Shown piece after piece: positions 1 through 11,519 of a stretch of 64,000 nt of DNA. Location of the stretch: positions 1 through 64,000 of the forward strand of contig JAVRCV020000053.1 in the NCBI GenBank assembly GCA_034530615.2, in the 5' to 3' direction. A program made the translations under genes and the position numbers. Below the pieces are notes generated by a model. That model had not been told where the DNA came from. It searched no databases and saw nothing but the letters and a program-made list of their open reading frames with translations. How positions within the stretch are numbered: position 1 is the first letter of the stretch; each line of letters begins with the position of its first letter. The DNA is from Aulosira sp. ZfuVER01 (lineage in GTDB: Bacteria > Cyanobacteriota > Cyanobacteriia > Cyanobacteriales > Nostocaceae).

Positions 1-55
1 CGACCTGCAATTGAGTTGCATCGACCTGCAATTGAGTTGCATCGACCTGCAATTG
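1..55. repeat. 21-bp tandem repeat (CGACCTGCAATTGAGTTGCAT), about 2.6 copies, cut by window edge
   Basis: Units start at 1, 22 and 43; the minus strand reads (QLQVDAT)n in frame with an ATG at 79. Confidence 0.9.
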
Positions 56-268
56 TAATTCACCAAGAGGCGATCGCATCTACATCAGATCCCTGAAAGT
101 AACACGCTTCTCGTTAAGTTTGCTTAATCCTTGTTATTTGTTTGCGCCTGGAGGGAATTCTTTATCTTACAGGAGAGCAAACACTGATGGTTATACGTAA
201 CTAATCTTAAATAGCGAATCTGACTCCTGAGTAAAAATACTAAATTCCAGTAAGATCCAAAATTTAAG

Positions 269-3200
269 ATGAGCGAGATATTACCATTGGAAAACTCCCA
301 AGACACTGCCAAACAAAAAGAGAATATTAATAACAATCGCAATCTGGCAGAAATCAATCTGTATCAGAGCGAAGTCTATTTGCAGCAAGCAATCGAATCT
401 ACTCCCGTTGCGATCGCTATATTAGATCAAGAAATGCGCTACCTTGCTGTGAGTCGCAAATGGCAGGAAGAATATCAGCTGACCAATGAAATTCTCGGGC
501 ACTCTCACTATGAGATATTTCCTGATATTCCCCAACACTGGAAGCAGATTCACCAACGCTGTTTAGCAGGGGCGGTAGAACAATGTGATGAAGATTCCTA
601 CCCACGGGCAGATGGATCTGTAGAATGGGTCAGTTGGTCAATTCGCCCTTGGTATATGGCCAGTGGTGAAATTGGTGGAATTACAATTTTTAGCGAAAAT
701 ATTACTAAGCGCAAACAAGCCCAAGAAGCTCTCAGCGAAAATAACATACTATTACGCTCAATTTTAGAAAATACTCCAGATTTTATTGTCGTTAAAGACT
801 GTCAAGGAAGCTATGTCGCTCTAAACAGCAATTTGGCTAACTTCATTGGCAAACCAATTGAAGAAATTATTGGTAAAGACGATTCTCAACTACTTCCGCC
901 AGATGATGCACGCCAAATTATGGCGAAAGACCAACAGATTATCACCACAGGCATTGCGGAAACTTATGAAGAAGATGTCTCTAATGGTAATATCAGTGGC
1001 ACCTTTTTTACTACTAAAGCTCCTTGGCGAGATGCTGATGGTAACATCCTTGGCACAATCGCCATCACACGCAATATTAGCGATCGCAAACAAGCGGAAC
1101 TAGCACTTCAAAAGAGCGAGGAACGCTATCGCTATCTGATCAGCGCCACTTCTCAGTTATTTTGGGTATCTCCACCCGATGGCATTGTCATTGAGGATAA
1201 TCCTGCTTGGCGAGAATATACTGGTCAAACTTGGGAAGAATATCAAGGCTGGGGATGGTTAGATGCAATTCATCCAGAAGATCGTTTATTAATGGCTGAG
1301 TCATGGGGAGCAGCAGTTAAGACTTGCAGCCCCTATCAACAGGAATTTCGGTTGCGACGGCATGATGGTGAGTATCGGTACACACTCACCCGAGGTGTCC
1401 CAGTCCTAGAAGCAGATGGCAGTATTCGAGAGTGGATTGGCACTTGCAGCGATATCCACGATCGCAAACAAATAGAACTAGCGCTACAGCAGAGCGAAGA
1501 ACGATTCCGTTCCCTACTGGAAGCATCTTCACACATTATTTGGACTACTGATGCTGAAGGCGCATTTGTCACCGACCAACCCCAATGGCGAGCCTATACA
1601 GGACAAACAGTTGCAGAACACTGGGGTTGGGGATGGCTAAATATGATGCATCCAGAAGATAAAGCTCACACGAATGAGGCATGGTCAGCAGCAGTTGCCA
1701 ACCGCAGTGTCTATGAAACCGAGACTCGGATTCAGCGTTATGACGGTGAGTATCGCTACTTCAGTTGCCGTGCTGTACCGATTTTTAATCCAGATAATAG
1801 TTTTCGTGAGTGGGTAGGTGCGAACACAGATATTACTGAGCGCAGGCAAGCCGAACAAGCGCTGCGTCAAACCTTAGAAATTTTGGACTCAGCTAGTGAC
1901 AGTATCATTATTCGCGATATGGATGACCGAATTACATACTGGAATCGTGGTGCAGAAATCCTCTACGGTTGGAAGAGAGAGGAAGTGATTGGCAAATACA
2001 TTCACACCTTCCTACAAACCGACTTTCCTAAACCAATAGAAACAGTATTAAATGAGTTTTTAGAGCAGGGACATTGGGAAGGCGAACTACACCACACCAC
2101 TCGTAATGGTAGGCAAATCATTGTCTCAAGTCGCTGGACGCTACAGCGCGATGCCAAAGGACAGTCTTATACTCAACTGGAAATTAACAACGATATTACC
2201 GAACGCAAGCAATTTGAACTTGCCCTCGCTCAAGCAAAAGAAGCAGCGGAAGCCGCCAGCCACGCTAAAAGCGAATTCCTTGCGAACATGAGCCACGAGT
2301 TACGCACTCCCCTGAATGGTATTCTCGGCTACGCGCAAATTCTCCAACGTTCTAGACACCTGAATGAAGACGAGCGATCACGCATTGATGTAATTTACCA
2401 GTGCGGTTCCCATTTGCTTACCTTAATTAACGACATCCTCGATTTGTCGAAAATTGAAGCCCAGAAAGTGGAACTTATGCCTAGCGATTTCCACTTCCCC
2501 GCATTTCTCCAAGGTGTAGCTGAAATGTGCCGCATTCGTGCAGAACTTAAAGGCATTCAATTCCATCATCAATTAGCTTTAGAATTACCTGTTGCGATCC
2601 GTGCTGATGAAAAACGACTGCGACAAGTATTAATCAACCTCCTCAGTAACGCCATTAAATTTACTGATGCTGGCAGTGTCACCTTTACAATTAGCTATGC
2701 TTCGGAAGGAAAAATTCGCTTTGAAATCCGGGATTCAGGTATAGGGATTGTCCCAGACAAACTACAAGCAATTTTTCAACCCTTTGAGCAAGCAGGCGAC
2801 AGACGACGGCAGATTGAAGGTACAGGATTGGGATTGGCAATCAGCCAAAGAATCGTGGAATTGATGGGTAGCACTATTCAAGTTCAAAGCGATGTGGGTG
2901 TTGGTAGTATTTTCTGGTTTGAAGTCCACTTACCGGAAGCTGATGAGTGGGTAAAAACCTCTCAAGCTGATGATTATGGGCAAATAATTGGTATTAAAGA
3001 CCGTAAACCTAAGATTTTGGTGATTGATGATAAATGGGAAAATCGCTCAGTAATTAACAATTTACTCAGCCCCATTGGTTTTAATGTCACTGAAGCTATC
3101 GATGGTGAAGAGGGTTGGCAGAAAATTTTGGAATTTCAACCTGATTTAGTAATTACAGACTTGCTCATGCCAAAACTTGATGGTTTCGAGTTAATCAAGC

Positions 3201-3622
3201 GTGTTCGTGAGTCGGAAACATATCAAGACATTATGATTATTGTTTCTTCAGCAAGCGTGTTTGAAAGCGATCAACACCGCAGCATAGAAGCAGGTGGTAA
3301 TGATTTTATGCCCAAACCCGTACAAGCAAGTCTGCTATTTCAAAAATTGCGGCATTATCTTGATTTAGATTGGATTTATGAACAGAAAAAGCCGGACAAT
3401 CAGCTAAACATGGAAAATGCTGAACTCGTCTTACCACCCCAAGCAGAAATAGAAATTCTGTATGAGTTGGTAATGAAAGGCAACTTTAAGGGAATCATCA
3501 AACAAGCAGCATTAATTACAGAAATGGATCGAAAATATGTTCCCTTTGCAAAACATCTGCATCAACTGGCAAAAGCCTTCCAAGACCAAGAAATTCTGGC
3601 ACTACTCCAATCTCACAAATAA
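269..3622 (+). CDS. Multi-PAS hybrid sensor histidine kinase/response regulator
   Basis: About five PAS/PAC repeats ending in DIT/SERK motifs, H-box [12 protein letters not shown] boxes ([20 protein letters not shown]), C-terminal REC (ITDLLMP). Confidence 0.95.
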   Translation: MSEILPLENSQDTAKQKENINNNRNLAEINLYQSEVYLQQAIESTPVAIAILDQEMRYLAVSRKWQEEYQLTNEILGHSHYEIFPDIPQHWKQIHQRCLAGAVEQCDEDSYPRADGSVEWVSWSIRPWYMASGEIGGITIFSENITKRKQAQEALSENNILLRSILENTPDFIVVKDCQGSYVALNSNLANFIGKPIEEIIGKDDSQLLPPDDARQIMAKDQQIITTGIAETYEEDVSNGNISGTFFTTKAPWRDADGNILGTIAITRNISDRKQAELALQKSEERYRYLISATSQLFWVSPPDGIVIEDNPAWREYTGQTWEEYQGWGWLDAIHPEDRLLMAESWGAAVKTCSPYQQEFRLRRHDGEYRYTLTRGVPVLEADGSIREWIGTCSDIHDRKQIELALQQSEERFRSLLEASSHIIWTTDAEGAFVTDQPQWRAYTGQTVAEHWGWGWLNMMHPEDKAHTNEAWSAAVANRSVYETETRIQRYDGEYRYFSCRAVPIFNPDNSFREWVGANTDITERRQAEQALRQTLEILDSASDSIIIRDMDDRITYWNRGAEILYGWKREEVIGKYIHTFLQTDFPKPIETVLNEFLEQGHWEGELHHTTRNGRQIIVSSRWTLQRDAKGQSYTQLEINNDITERKQFELALAQAKEAAEAASHAKSEFLANMSHELRTPLNGILGYAQILQRSRHLNEDERSRIDVIYQCGSHLLTLINDILDLSKIEAQKVELMPSDFHFPAFLQGVAEMCRIRAELKGIQFHHQLALELPVAIRADEKRLRQVLINLLSNAIKFTDAGSVTFTISYASEGKIRFEIRDSGIGIVPDKLQAIFQPFEQAGDRRRQIEGTGLGLAISQRIVELMGSTIQVQSDVGVGSIFWFEVHLPEADEWVKTSQADDYGQIIGIKDRKPKILVIDDKWENRSVINNLLSPIGFNVTEAIDGEEGWQKILEFQPDLVITDLLMPKLDGFELIKRVRESETYQDIMIIVSSASVFESDQHRSIEAGGNDFMPKPVQASLLFQKLRHYLDLDWIYEQKKPDNQLNMENAELVLPPQAEIEILYELVMKGNFKGIIKQAALITEMDRKYVPFAKHLHQLAKAFQDQEILALLQSHK

Positions 3623-3625
3623 TTT

Positions 3626-4936
3626 ATGAATTTGGCAAATGCACAAAATCAGACAGTTCTCATTGTTGATGATAATCCTGCTAATTTAGGTGTTTTATCT
3701 GATGCCTTGGATCAGGCTGGTCTGGAAGTATGGGTAGCAAAATCTGGGAAAGTAGCTCTAGAACGAGTTAAATATGCACTACCAAGTTTAATATTGTTAG
3801 ATGTCATGATGCCAGAGATTGATGGATTTGAAACCTGTAGACAATTAAAGGCGAATCCCCAAACTCAAGATATTCCTGTCATCTTTATGACAGCACTTTC
3901 TGACACCATCAACAAAGTTGAAGGTTTTCAAGTTGGTGCCGTGGACTATATCACTAAACCATTTCAGCAACAGGAACTGCTGTCCCGGGTGAAATTGCAT
4001 TTAAAGTTGTATAATTTGGCTCAAGAATTAGAGCATAAAAATACTTTGCTAGAGCAGAAATTTGCTGAAGCAAACCAAGCTTATGATGAGCTAAAACAGC
4101 TACAAATTAAGCTAGTTCAAGGTGAAAAACTGTCAAGCTTAGGTCAGATGTTTGCTGGCATTTCTCATGAGATTAATAATCCTGTAAATTTTATTTATGG
4201 TAATCTCATTCATGCCAATGAATATACTCAAGAGATGCTACATCTTCTGCATCTGTATCAAGAAGATTATCCAAATCCTACCCCTCTGATTCAATCAGAA
4301 CTAGAATATCTAGACATAGAATTTATTGATAATGACTTGTTAAATTTACTCAAATCTATGAATTTCGGCGCACGGCGTATTCGTGAAATAGTTAAGTCTA
4401 TGCAGATTTTCTCTCAAGGAGATGAAGTTAAGCTGGCAGAGTTTGATATCCATGAATGTATTGATGGCACGTTAACAATTTTGAATCATCGCTTGAAAGT
4501 ACAACCAGAGCATCCAGGAATTGAAGTAGTTAAAGAGTACAATTTGTTCCAACTAGTGGAATGTCATGTTGGACAACTTAATCAAGTATTTATGAATATT
4601 ATTGCTAATGCTATTGATGCTTTAGATGAGTATAATCAACAACGTTCATTGGAAGATATTAAGCAAAATCCCAGTCAGATTAAAATTCGCACAATGATGA
4701 TTGAAGATGATTGGGTTGCTATTCACATCTCCGATAACGGCCCGGGAATGTGTGAAGAAGTAAAAGCAAAGCTGTTTAATCCTTTCTTTACCACTAAAGC
4801 TGTAGGTAAAGGAACTGGATTAGGTTTATCTATAAGCCGCCAAATTATAGTAGAAAAGCATGGTGGGAGTATCGACTGCCAATCTACACCTGGAAAGGGA
4901 ACGGAATTTATAATTAAAATTCCAGTTCAACAGTAA
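3626..4936 (+). CDS. REC-histidine kinase hybrid (N-terminal receiver, C-terminal HK)
   Basis: LIVDD...LLDVMMP receiver, H-box SHEINNP, DNGPG and GTGLGL boxes; starts 3 bp after the upstream kinase. Confidence 0.95.
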   Translation: MNLANAQNQTVLIVDDNPANLGVLSDALDQAGLEVWVAKSGKVALERVKYALPSLILLDVMMPEIDGFETCRQLKANPQTQDIPVIFMTALSDTINKVEGFQVGAVDYITKPFQQQELLSRVKLHLKLYNLAQELEHKNTLLEQKFAEANQAYDELKQLQIKLVQGEKLSSLGQMFAGISHEINNPVNFIYGNLIHANEYTQEMLHLLHLYQEDYPNPTPLIQSELEYLDIEFIDNDLLNLLKSMNFGARRIREIVKSMQIFSQGDEVKLAEFDIHECIDGTLTILNHRLKVQPEHPGIEVVKEYNLFQLVECHVGQLNQVFMNIIANAIDALDEYNQQRSLEDIKQNPSQIKIRTMMIEDDWVAIHISDNGPGMCEEVKAKLFNPFFTTKAVGKGTGLGLSISRQIIVEKHGGSIDCQSTPGKGTEFIIKIPVQQ

Positions 4937-4960
4937 ATTTTTGAATACTATCTTCCTCAA

Positions 4961-5737
4961 ATGCCACTCGAATTACAAAACCTGACTGGCGGTTACACCA
5001 CAGCGCCAATTATCCAAAACATTAACCTCACCTTACAAACAGGAGAATGGTTAAGTTTAGTTGGTGCCAATGGTTCTGGTAAATCTACATTACTCAAATT
5101 ACTGAGTCGTATTCTCTCACCGCAGCAGGGAACAGTACTATTAGATGGCAAAGCAATTCACTCTCAACCGCCGAATTTAGTAGCTCAAAAATTAGCATTG
5201 TTACCCCAACAACAAACTGTGCCTGTAGGCTTAACAGTACGGCAATTAGTGAGTTTAGGACGTACACCACATCAACCTTGGTGGCAATGGGAATTAACAG
5301 CCAAAGATAGACAGCAAGTAGAAGCGGCGATTGCCAAAACGCAACTAGAAAATTTGAGCGATCGCTTAGTTGAACAGCTTTCCGGTGGTGAGAGACAACG
5401 TGCTTTTTTAGCTTTAGCATTAGCGCAAGAACCGCAAGTATTATTGTTAGATGAACCAACAACTTATTTAGATATTAACTATCAACTGCAACTATTAGAA
5501 TTGCTCAAAGAACTAAATCAGCAGCAGGAATTAACTATTGTCACTGTGTTACACGAACTGAATTTAGCTGCACGCTATAGTTCCCGCATTGCTTTATTAA
5601 AACAAGGTCATCTCTGGGATGTTGGTACACCGGAAGCTGTTCTGACTCCGCAGATCATCGCCCAAGTTTTTGGGGTGGAATCTGTAATTATCCATACGCC
5701 TGTTGGTTTACAAGTTTGTGCGATCGCATCTGTCTAA
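4961..5737 (+). CDS. ABC transporter ATP-binding protein, iron-siderophore/cobalamin (FecE/FhuC-like)
   Basis: Walker A GANGSGKST, LSGGERQR signature, LLLDEPT, LGRTPH motif typical of this subfamily. Confidence 0.9.
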   Translation: MPLELQNLTGGYTTAPIIQNINLTLQTGEWLSLVGANGSGKSTLLKLLSRILSPQQGTVLLDGKAIHSQPPNLVAQKLALLPQQQTVPVGLTVRQLVSLGRTPHQPWWQWELTAKDRQQVEAAIAKTQLENLSDRLVEQLSGGERQRAFLALALAQEPQVLLLDEPTTYLDINYQLQLLELLKELNQQQELTIVTVLHELNLAARYSSRIALLKQGHLWDVGTPEAVLTPQIIAQVFGVESVIIHTPVGLQVCAIASV

Positions 5738-5861
5738 GTCTGCAAATCCCTAACTAGATAATCATCGAATTTACTTAGCAAACTATTCTTTGTTACACAG
5801 CATAGTCTCATGGGAACACTAGTTAATAGCTAAAACATTATTAACAGTAGTTTCTATAGAT

Positions 5862-8800
5862 ATGCTAACTGCATCATTGAAAATTCCAGGGTATCGGATT
5901 GATGAACAAATATATGCAGGAAATAGAACACTTGTCTACCGGGGAATCAGAGAACAAGATTTACACCCCGTAATTCTGAAAATGATGCAGAATGAATCCC
6001 CCAATTTCAGCGAAATTATCCAGTTTCGTAACCAGTACACCATAGCTGCAAATCTCGATATCAAAGGTATCGTCAAACCATATAGCCTCGAAGAATATGG
6101 CAATGGCTATGTACTGGTAATGGAAGATTATGGCGGTATCTCTTTATCTAGTTACCTCAAGCAACATATTACTTCAGGTAAATTGACCCTAGAAGAATTT
6201 TTCCCTATAGCCATTACAATTACAGAAACTCTTGGTGAACTCCACCAACAACGGATTATTTATAAAGATGTAAAACCTGCCAATATTTTAATTCATCCTA
6301 AAACAAAGCAAGTTAAAATAATTGATTTTTCTATCGCTTCTCTATTACCACGCGAAACCCAACAACTACAAAACCCTAATGTTTTAGAAGGAACTTTGGC
6401 TTATATTTCTCCAGAACAAACTGGGAGAATGAATCGAGGAATTGATTATCGTACAGATTTTTATTCTCTTGGTGTGACTTTTTACGAGTTATTGACTGGA
6501 AAGTTGCCCTTCACATCATCCGATCCGATGGAGTTAGTTTACTGTCATATTGCTAAACAACCCACTTTGTGGGAAGTCAAAAGTCAAAAGTCAAAAGTCA
6601 AAAGTGAGGAGATTCCTCAAGTTTTATGTGATATAGTCATGAAACTGATGGCGAAAAATGCTGAAGACCGCTATCAGAGTGCTGCTGGTTTAAAGTACGA
6701 TTTAGAATTGTGTTTTGGTCAATGGCAACAAAAAAAAGCAATTGCACCCTTCCAACTCGCGCGAAAAGATATTAGCGATCGCTTTTTAATTCCAGAAAAA
6801 CTCTATGGTCGCCAAAATGAAGTAGAGACGTTACTGGCAGTATTCGATCGAGTGGCTGGGAACCAAGAACAAATCGATCAAATATCCGATCTATCACCTC
6901 AAATTGAATTGATTCTCATAGAAGGTTTTTCTGGTATTGGCAAAACTGCTGTAGTCAATGAAGTGCAAAAGCCCATTGTTCGACACAGAGGTTATTTTAT
7001 TGAAGGCAAGTTTGACCAGTTTCAAAGAAACATTCCCTTCTCTGCGTTTGTGCAAGCATTGCAAGATTTAATGGCACAAATTCTAACCCAAAGCGATGCC
7101 CAAGTTACTCAATGGAAGAATGAAATTTTGACGGCATTGGGGGATAATGCTCAAGTAATTATTGATGTAATTCCTGAACTTAAGAAAATTATTGGTGCGC
7201 AACCACCAGTAACAGAACTTTTTGGTAATGCAGCACAGCAACGATTTAATCGCTTATTTAGCAAATTTATTCAAGTATTTACAACTCCAGAACATCCATT
7301 AGTCATATTTTTAGATGATTTGCAATGGGCAGATACGGCATCACTTAAATTGCTCCAGATGCTGATGAGTGAAAAGCAGATTGGCTATTTATTATTAATT
7401 GGAGCATATAGAAATAACGAAGTTTCTGATACCCATCCCTTAATGCTGACCTTAGAAGAAATTCGTAATTCTCAAGATCAATGCGCAATTACAACTATTA
7501 GTTTAGCTCCTCTCAGTGCTACAGATTTAAATCATTTGTTTGCAGATACCTTGAGTTGCAACCTAGAAGAAGTACTACCGCTAACACAATTAATTTATCA
7601 AAAAACAGAGGGGAATCCTTTTTTTAGCATTCAAATGCTAAAAACACTTTATGCAGAGGGACATATTATTTTTGTGCCAGAGATTGCTTGTTGGCAATAT
7701 GACTTAAATCAGGTACAGACTTTAAACCTCACAGATAATGTTGTGGAGTTTATGGTTTTGCAATTGCAAAAATTACCACAGGCGACGCAAGATGTTTTAA
7801 AGTTAGCAGCTTGTATTGGCAATACCTTTGACTTAGTAACACTGGCAATTGTCTATGAAAAATCTCTGGCACAAACTGCAAGCGATTTATGGTCAGCTTT
7901 AGCTGAAGGTTTAATTATTCCCACAAGTCAAACATATAAATTTTTTCAACTAGAAAATGAGCAAATAAAGTTAGACAACACAAACTTATATTTAACTGAT
8001 AGAGAGCAAGGTTTTTCAGATAATACTGAACTTCATGTAGTCGCTGACCTTCAGCATTGGTCTGCATCTCCTACTGAAGATGACCTGTTACATTCTCAAG
8101 ATTATATATACGAATTCCTTCACGATCGCGTCCAACAAGCAGCTTATTCTCTAATTGACGAAGCACAAAAACAGATCACTCATTTACAAATAGGAAAATT
8201 ACTCCTCCAAAATATCCATAACACAGAACAAGAAGAGCAGATTTTTGAGATTGTCAATCACCTGAATTTGGGATGGCAATTGCTAACTGAATCTCAAGAA
8301 CAAGAACAAGTTGCCCAATTAAATTTGCAAGCAGGACGTAAAGCTAAAGCTTCTACAGCTTATGCTACAGCATCACAATATTTAGCGATCGCCATGCAAT
8401 TGTTGGCTGAGGATAGCTGGATACAACAGTATCAATTAACATTTGCAATTTACAAAGAACGTTCAGAAGTTGAGTATCTCAATAGCAATTTTGAACAATC
8501 GGATGCACTTATTCAAAAAGCATTAATGCAGGCACAATCAGTATTAGAAAAAGCTGAATTATATAACCTGTTAATTGTGCAACGCACACTCCAAGCAGAT
8601 TATACAGTAGCTATTCAAGCTGGCAAACAAGCTTTATCGCTCTTAGGTATTCATTTACCAGAAGATAAACTTAACTCTGCCATTGATGCAGAAATTGCGG
8701 CAATTCAAGCTCGTTTAGAAAATCTGAAAGTTACTGCTATTTTAGAGTTACCAGAAAATCCAGATCCCATTTATCGTTACGCAATTCAATTACTGATTAA

Positions 8801-11519
8801 TTTAGATCCGCCTACTTATATTACTTCCGAACTTGATTTATATATCTTAATTACAGCGAAGGCTGTTAATTTGTCGATTCAATACGGCAATGTTGCAGAA
8901 TCCGCTAAAGCCTATGCTAATTATGGTTTTCTTCTCGGTTCTTTTTTTGGAGATTACCCCACCGGATACGAGTTCGGAGTTTTGGCTACTGAAATAGCCG
9001 AAAAATTCCACAATAAAGGTCAGAAATGTCAAGTTGATTTGTTGTTAGGTAGTTGGTTAAATAATTGGATGAAACCGACGCATTTAGCAATTGCCATCAA
9101 CAATGCAGGATATCAAGCAGGATTAGAATCTGGAGAATTACAGTTTGCTGGTTACAATCTTTTTGGTAATATCTGCAATCAATATTTTCAAGGAACTAAC
9201 CTCAATAGTATTCGCTTAGATATTGGCAAATTTCTTCCCTTTGCTCAACAAACGCAAAACACTTTATTCTCTGAAATTTTACAGGAAGTGCAGCAAGTAA
9301 TAGATAGTTTAATTGGCAATTGCAATTATCAAGATTCTCCAAAATGCGATCGCATCAGCCACACACCAATGGCACTGGCGATCGCTCACATTTTGCAAGC
9401 CCAATTAGCTTATTTGCAAGCACAGTATCTGCTGGCTTTGAAGCATATAACCCAAGCAGAAGCCTATCTCCCAGCCATTTTAGGTTTTACAACCTCTGCT
9501 AGTTATCCCTTTTATCATGCTTTGATTTTAGCTGCGCTTTATCCCCAAGTTCCACCATCAACCCAACGCCAATATTGGCAAAGCCTAAATACCCATCAAA
9601 ATCAGTTGAAAATTTGGGCTGATAATTGTCCGGAAAACTTTGAGCATCAATATTTATTAATTCAAGCAGAGATGGCTCGGATTAACAAACAAGAATTGGA
9701 AGCGATGGATCTTTACGATCGCGCGATCGCTTTGGCTAAAGTCAATGGGTTTACGCAGAATCTAGCTTTAGCCAATGAATTGACAGCAAAGTTTTGGCTG
9801 ACAAAAAATAAACCCAACATTGCCCAACTTTATTTAACTGATTCTGTTACTGCCTATACTCAATGGGGAGCTATAGCAAAAGTTCAATCTTTAGAAGCAA
9901 ATTATCCCGAATTGTTGCAACCAAATCAAGCTTTATACTGGGCAGAATTAGAATATCAGCAAAAAACAACGATCTCTACCACTAACCACAATTTCTCAGC
10001 ACAATTAGACTTTGCCGCCTTTTCAAAAGCTTCACAAGCGATCGCCGGAGAAATTCAACTCGAACAACTGCTATCTATTTTGATGCAAGTCATGTTGGAG
10101 AATGCTGGCGCGAAAAAATGTGTACTTTTATTGCAAAAAAATCACCGATTAGCGATCGCAGCCATAGCTAGTTTTGATGAAGGAAAAATTTTCTCGCAAA
10201 CAGATGTCTCAACCAGCCCTTTAGAACAAAGCCAGGACATTCCACTTACCGTCATCAACTACGTTAAGCGTACCTTGGAACCCTTGGTAATTGATGACAT
10301 TGCCACCCAATCTCTATTTGCTACCGATCCCTATATCACGCAACATCAACCAAGAAGCGTGTTGTGTACTCCAATAATCAATCAAGGCGAGTGGATGGGT
10401 TTGCTGTACTTAGAAAATCAACTGACAGCAGGAGTGTTCACACGCGATCGCCTAGAAGTAGTACAACTATTGACAGCGCAAGCCGCCATCTCTTTAGAAA
10501 ATGCTCAACTCTACACTGATTTATCAACAACAACAGCAGAACTCAAACAGGCAAACACTCAGTTAGCAGAATATTCCCACACTCTAGAAGAAAAAGTCGC
10601 AGAACGGACATCACAATTAAACGCTAAAACACAACAATTAGAAGAAGCATTTAAAAACTTACAAACTGCTCAAACTCAACTAATTCAGAATGAAAAAATG
10701 TCTTCTTTAGGACAATTAGTAGCAGGAATTGCTCACGAAATAAATAACCCTATCAGCTTTATATATGGTAATCTCACCCCAGCTACTGAATATATTGATG
10801 ATTTAATGTTTGTGTTGCAATCCTATCACCAACACTATCCCAATCCCACACCAGAATTAAAATCCGAAATTGCCAAAATTGAACTCGATTTCATTACCGC
10901 AGACTTGCCAAAACTGCTCAATTCCATGCAGGTTGGTGCAGAAAGAATTCGAGATATTGTCATGTCACTGCGAAATTTCTCACGTCTCGATGAAGCAGAA
11001 ATCAAAGCTGTTGATATTCATGAAGGCATTGATAGCACGTTGATGATTGTGCAAAATCTTCTGCAAGCAAAAGTAGAACGTCCAGAAATTTTGGTCATTA
11101 AAGAATACAGCAAACTCCCAGCTATTGAATGTTATGCTGGACAACTCAATCAAGTATTTTTGAACATAATAATGAATGCTATAGAGGCTTTGGAAGAGTC
11201 AATTATTCAGGGTAAAACTCCTGAAAAACTCCAAATTTGCATCCGTACAGAAATTTACGATTCTCAGCAAATCAAAATTTACATTGCTGATAATGGTATT
11301 GGGATTGGTGATAGTACTAAGCCTTATGTATTTGACCCATTCTTTACTACCAAACAAGTTGGTCAAGGCACAGGTTTAGGATTATCCATCAGTTATCAAA
11401 TCATTGTAGATAAGCACCAAGGAAAGTTGGAATGTCAGTCAATACCTGGTGAAGGTGCAGAATTTATTATTACCTTACCGATACGGCGTCAGCAGTTTAA
11501 AGTATTTGGGACTATTTAA
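5862..11519 (+). CDS. Ser/Thr kinase-AAA ATPase-GAF-histidine kinase (HstK-like)
   Basis: Kinase motifs YKDVKPANI, IDFS, GTLAYISPEQ; Walker A GFSGIGKT and FLDDLQW; GAF (LYLEN); H-box AHEINNP. Confidence 0.95.
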   Translation: MLTASLKIPGYRIDEQIYAGNRTLVYRGIREQDLHPVILKMMQNESPNFSEIIQFRNQYTIAANLDIKGIVKPYSLEEYGNGYVLVMEDYGGISLSSYLKQHITSGKLTLEEFFPIAITITETLGELHQQRIIYKDVKPANILIHPKTKQVKIIDFSIASLLPRETQQLQNPNVLEGTLAYISPEQTGRMNRGIDYRTDFYSLGVTFYELLTGKLPFTSSDPMELVYCHIAKQPTLWEVKSQKSKVKSEEIPQVLCDIVMKLMAKNAEDRYQSAAGLKYDLELCFGQWQQKKAIAPFQLARKDISDRFLIPEKLYGRQNEVETLLAVFDRVAGNQEQIDQISDLSPQIELILIEGFSGIGKTAVVNEVQKPIVRHRGYFIEGKFDQFQRNIPFSAFVQALQDLMAQILTQSDAQVTQWKNEILTALGDNAQVIIDVIPELKKIIGAQPPVTELFGNAAQQRFNRLFSKFIQVFTTPEHPLVIFLDDLQWADTASLKLLQMLMSEKQIGYLLLIGAYRNNEVSDTHPLMLTLEEIRNSQDQCAITTISLAPLSATDLNHLFADTLSCNLEEVLPLTQLIYQKTEGNPFFSIQMLKTLYAEGHIIFVPEIACWQYDLNQVQTLNLTDNVVEFMVLQLQKLPQATQDVLKLAACIGNTFDLVTLAIVYEKSLAQTASDLWSALAEGLIIPTSQTYKFFQLENEQIKLDNTNLYLTDREQGFSDNTELHVVADLQHWSASPTEDDLLHSQDYIYEFLHDRVQQAAYSLIDEAQKQITHLQIGKLLLQNIHNTEQEEQIFEIVNHLNLGWQLLTESQEQEQVAQLNLQAGRKAKASTAYATASQYLAIAMQLLAEDSWIQQYQLTFAIYKERSEVEYLNSNFEQSDALIQKALMQAQSVLEKAELYNLLIVQRTLQADYTVAIQAGKQALSLLGIHLPEDKLNSAIDAEIAAIQARLENLKVTAILELPENPDPIYRYAIQLLINLDPPTYITSELDLYILITAKAVNLSIQYGNVAESAKAYANYGFLLGSFFGDYPTGYEFGVLATEIAEKFHNKGQKCQVDLLLGSWLNNWMKPTHLAIAINNAGYQAGLESGELQFAGYNLFGNICNQYFQGTNLNSIRLDIGKFLPFAQQTQNTLFSEILQEVQQVIDSLIGNCNYQDSPKCDRISHTPMALAIAHILQAQLAYLQAQYLLALKHITQAEAYLPAILGFTTSASYPFYHALILAALYPQVPPSTQRQYWQSLNTHQNQLKIWADNCPENFEHQYLLIQAEMARINKQELEAMDLYDRAIALAKVNGFTQNLALANELTAKFWLTKNKPNIAQLYLTDSVTAYTQWGAIAKVQSLEANYPELLQPNQALYWAELEYQQKTTISTTNHNFSAQLDFAAFSKASQAIAGEIQLEQLLSILMQVMLENAGAKKCVLLLQKNHRLAIAAIASFDEGKIFSQTDVSTSPLEQSQDIPLTVINYVKRTLEPLVIDDIATQSLFATDPYITQHQPRSVLCTPIINQGEWMGLLYLENQLTAGVFTRDRLEVVQLLTAQAAISLENAQLYTDLSTTTAELKQANTQLAEYSHTLEEKVAERTSQLNAKTQQLEEAFKNLQTAQTQLIQNEKMSSLGQLVAGIAHEINNPISFIYGNLTPATEYIDDLMFVLQSYHQHYPNPTPELKSEIAKIELDFITADLPKLLNSMQVGAERIRDIVMSLRNFSRLDEAEIKAVDIHEGIDSTLMIVQNLLQAKVERPEILVIKEYSKLPAIECYAGQLNQVFLNIIMNAIEALEESIIQGKTPEKLQICIRTEIYDSQQIKIYIADNGIGIGDSTKPYVFDPFFTTKQVGQGTGLGLSISYQIIVDKHQGKLECQSIPGEGAEFIITLPIRRQQFKVFGTI
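6574..6605 (+). repeat. STRR heptamer array (AAGTCAA)x4.6 inside the kinase CDS
   Basis: Directly visible; translates as EVKSQKSKVKS. Confidence 0.9.

Noticed and set aside
1..55. Possible CRISPR array
   Set aside because: The 21-bp units are contiguous with no unique spacers, and no cas genes are in the window
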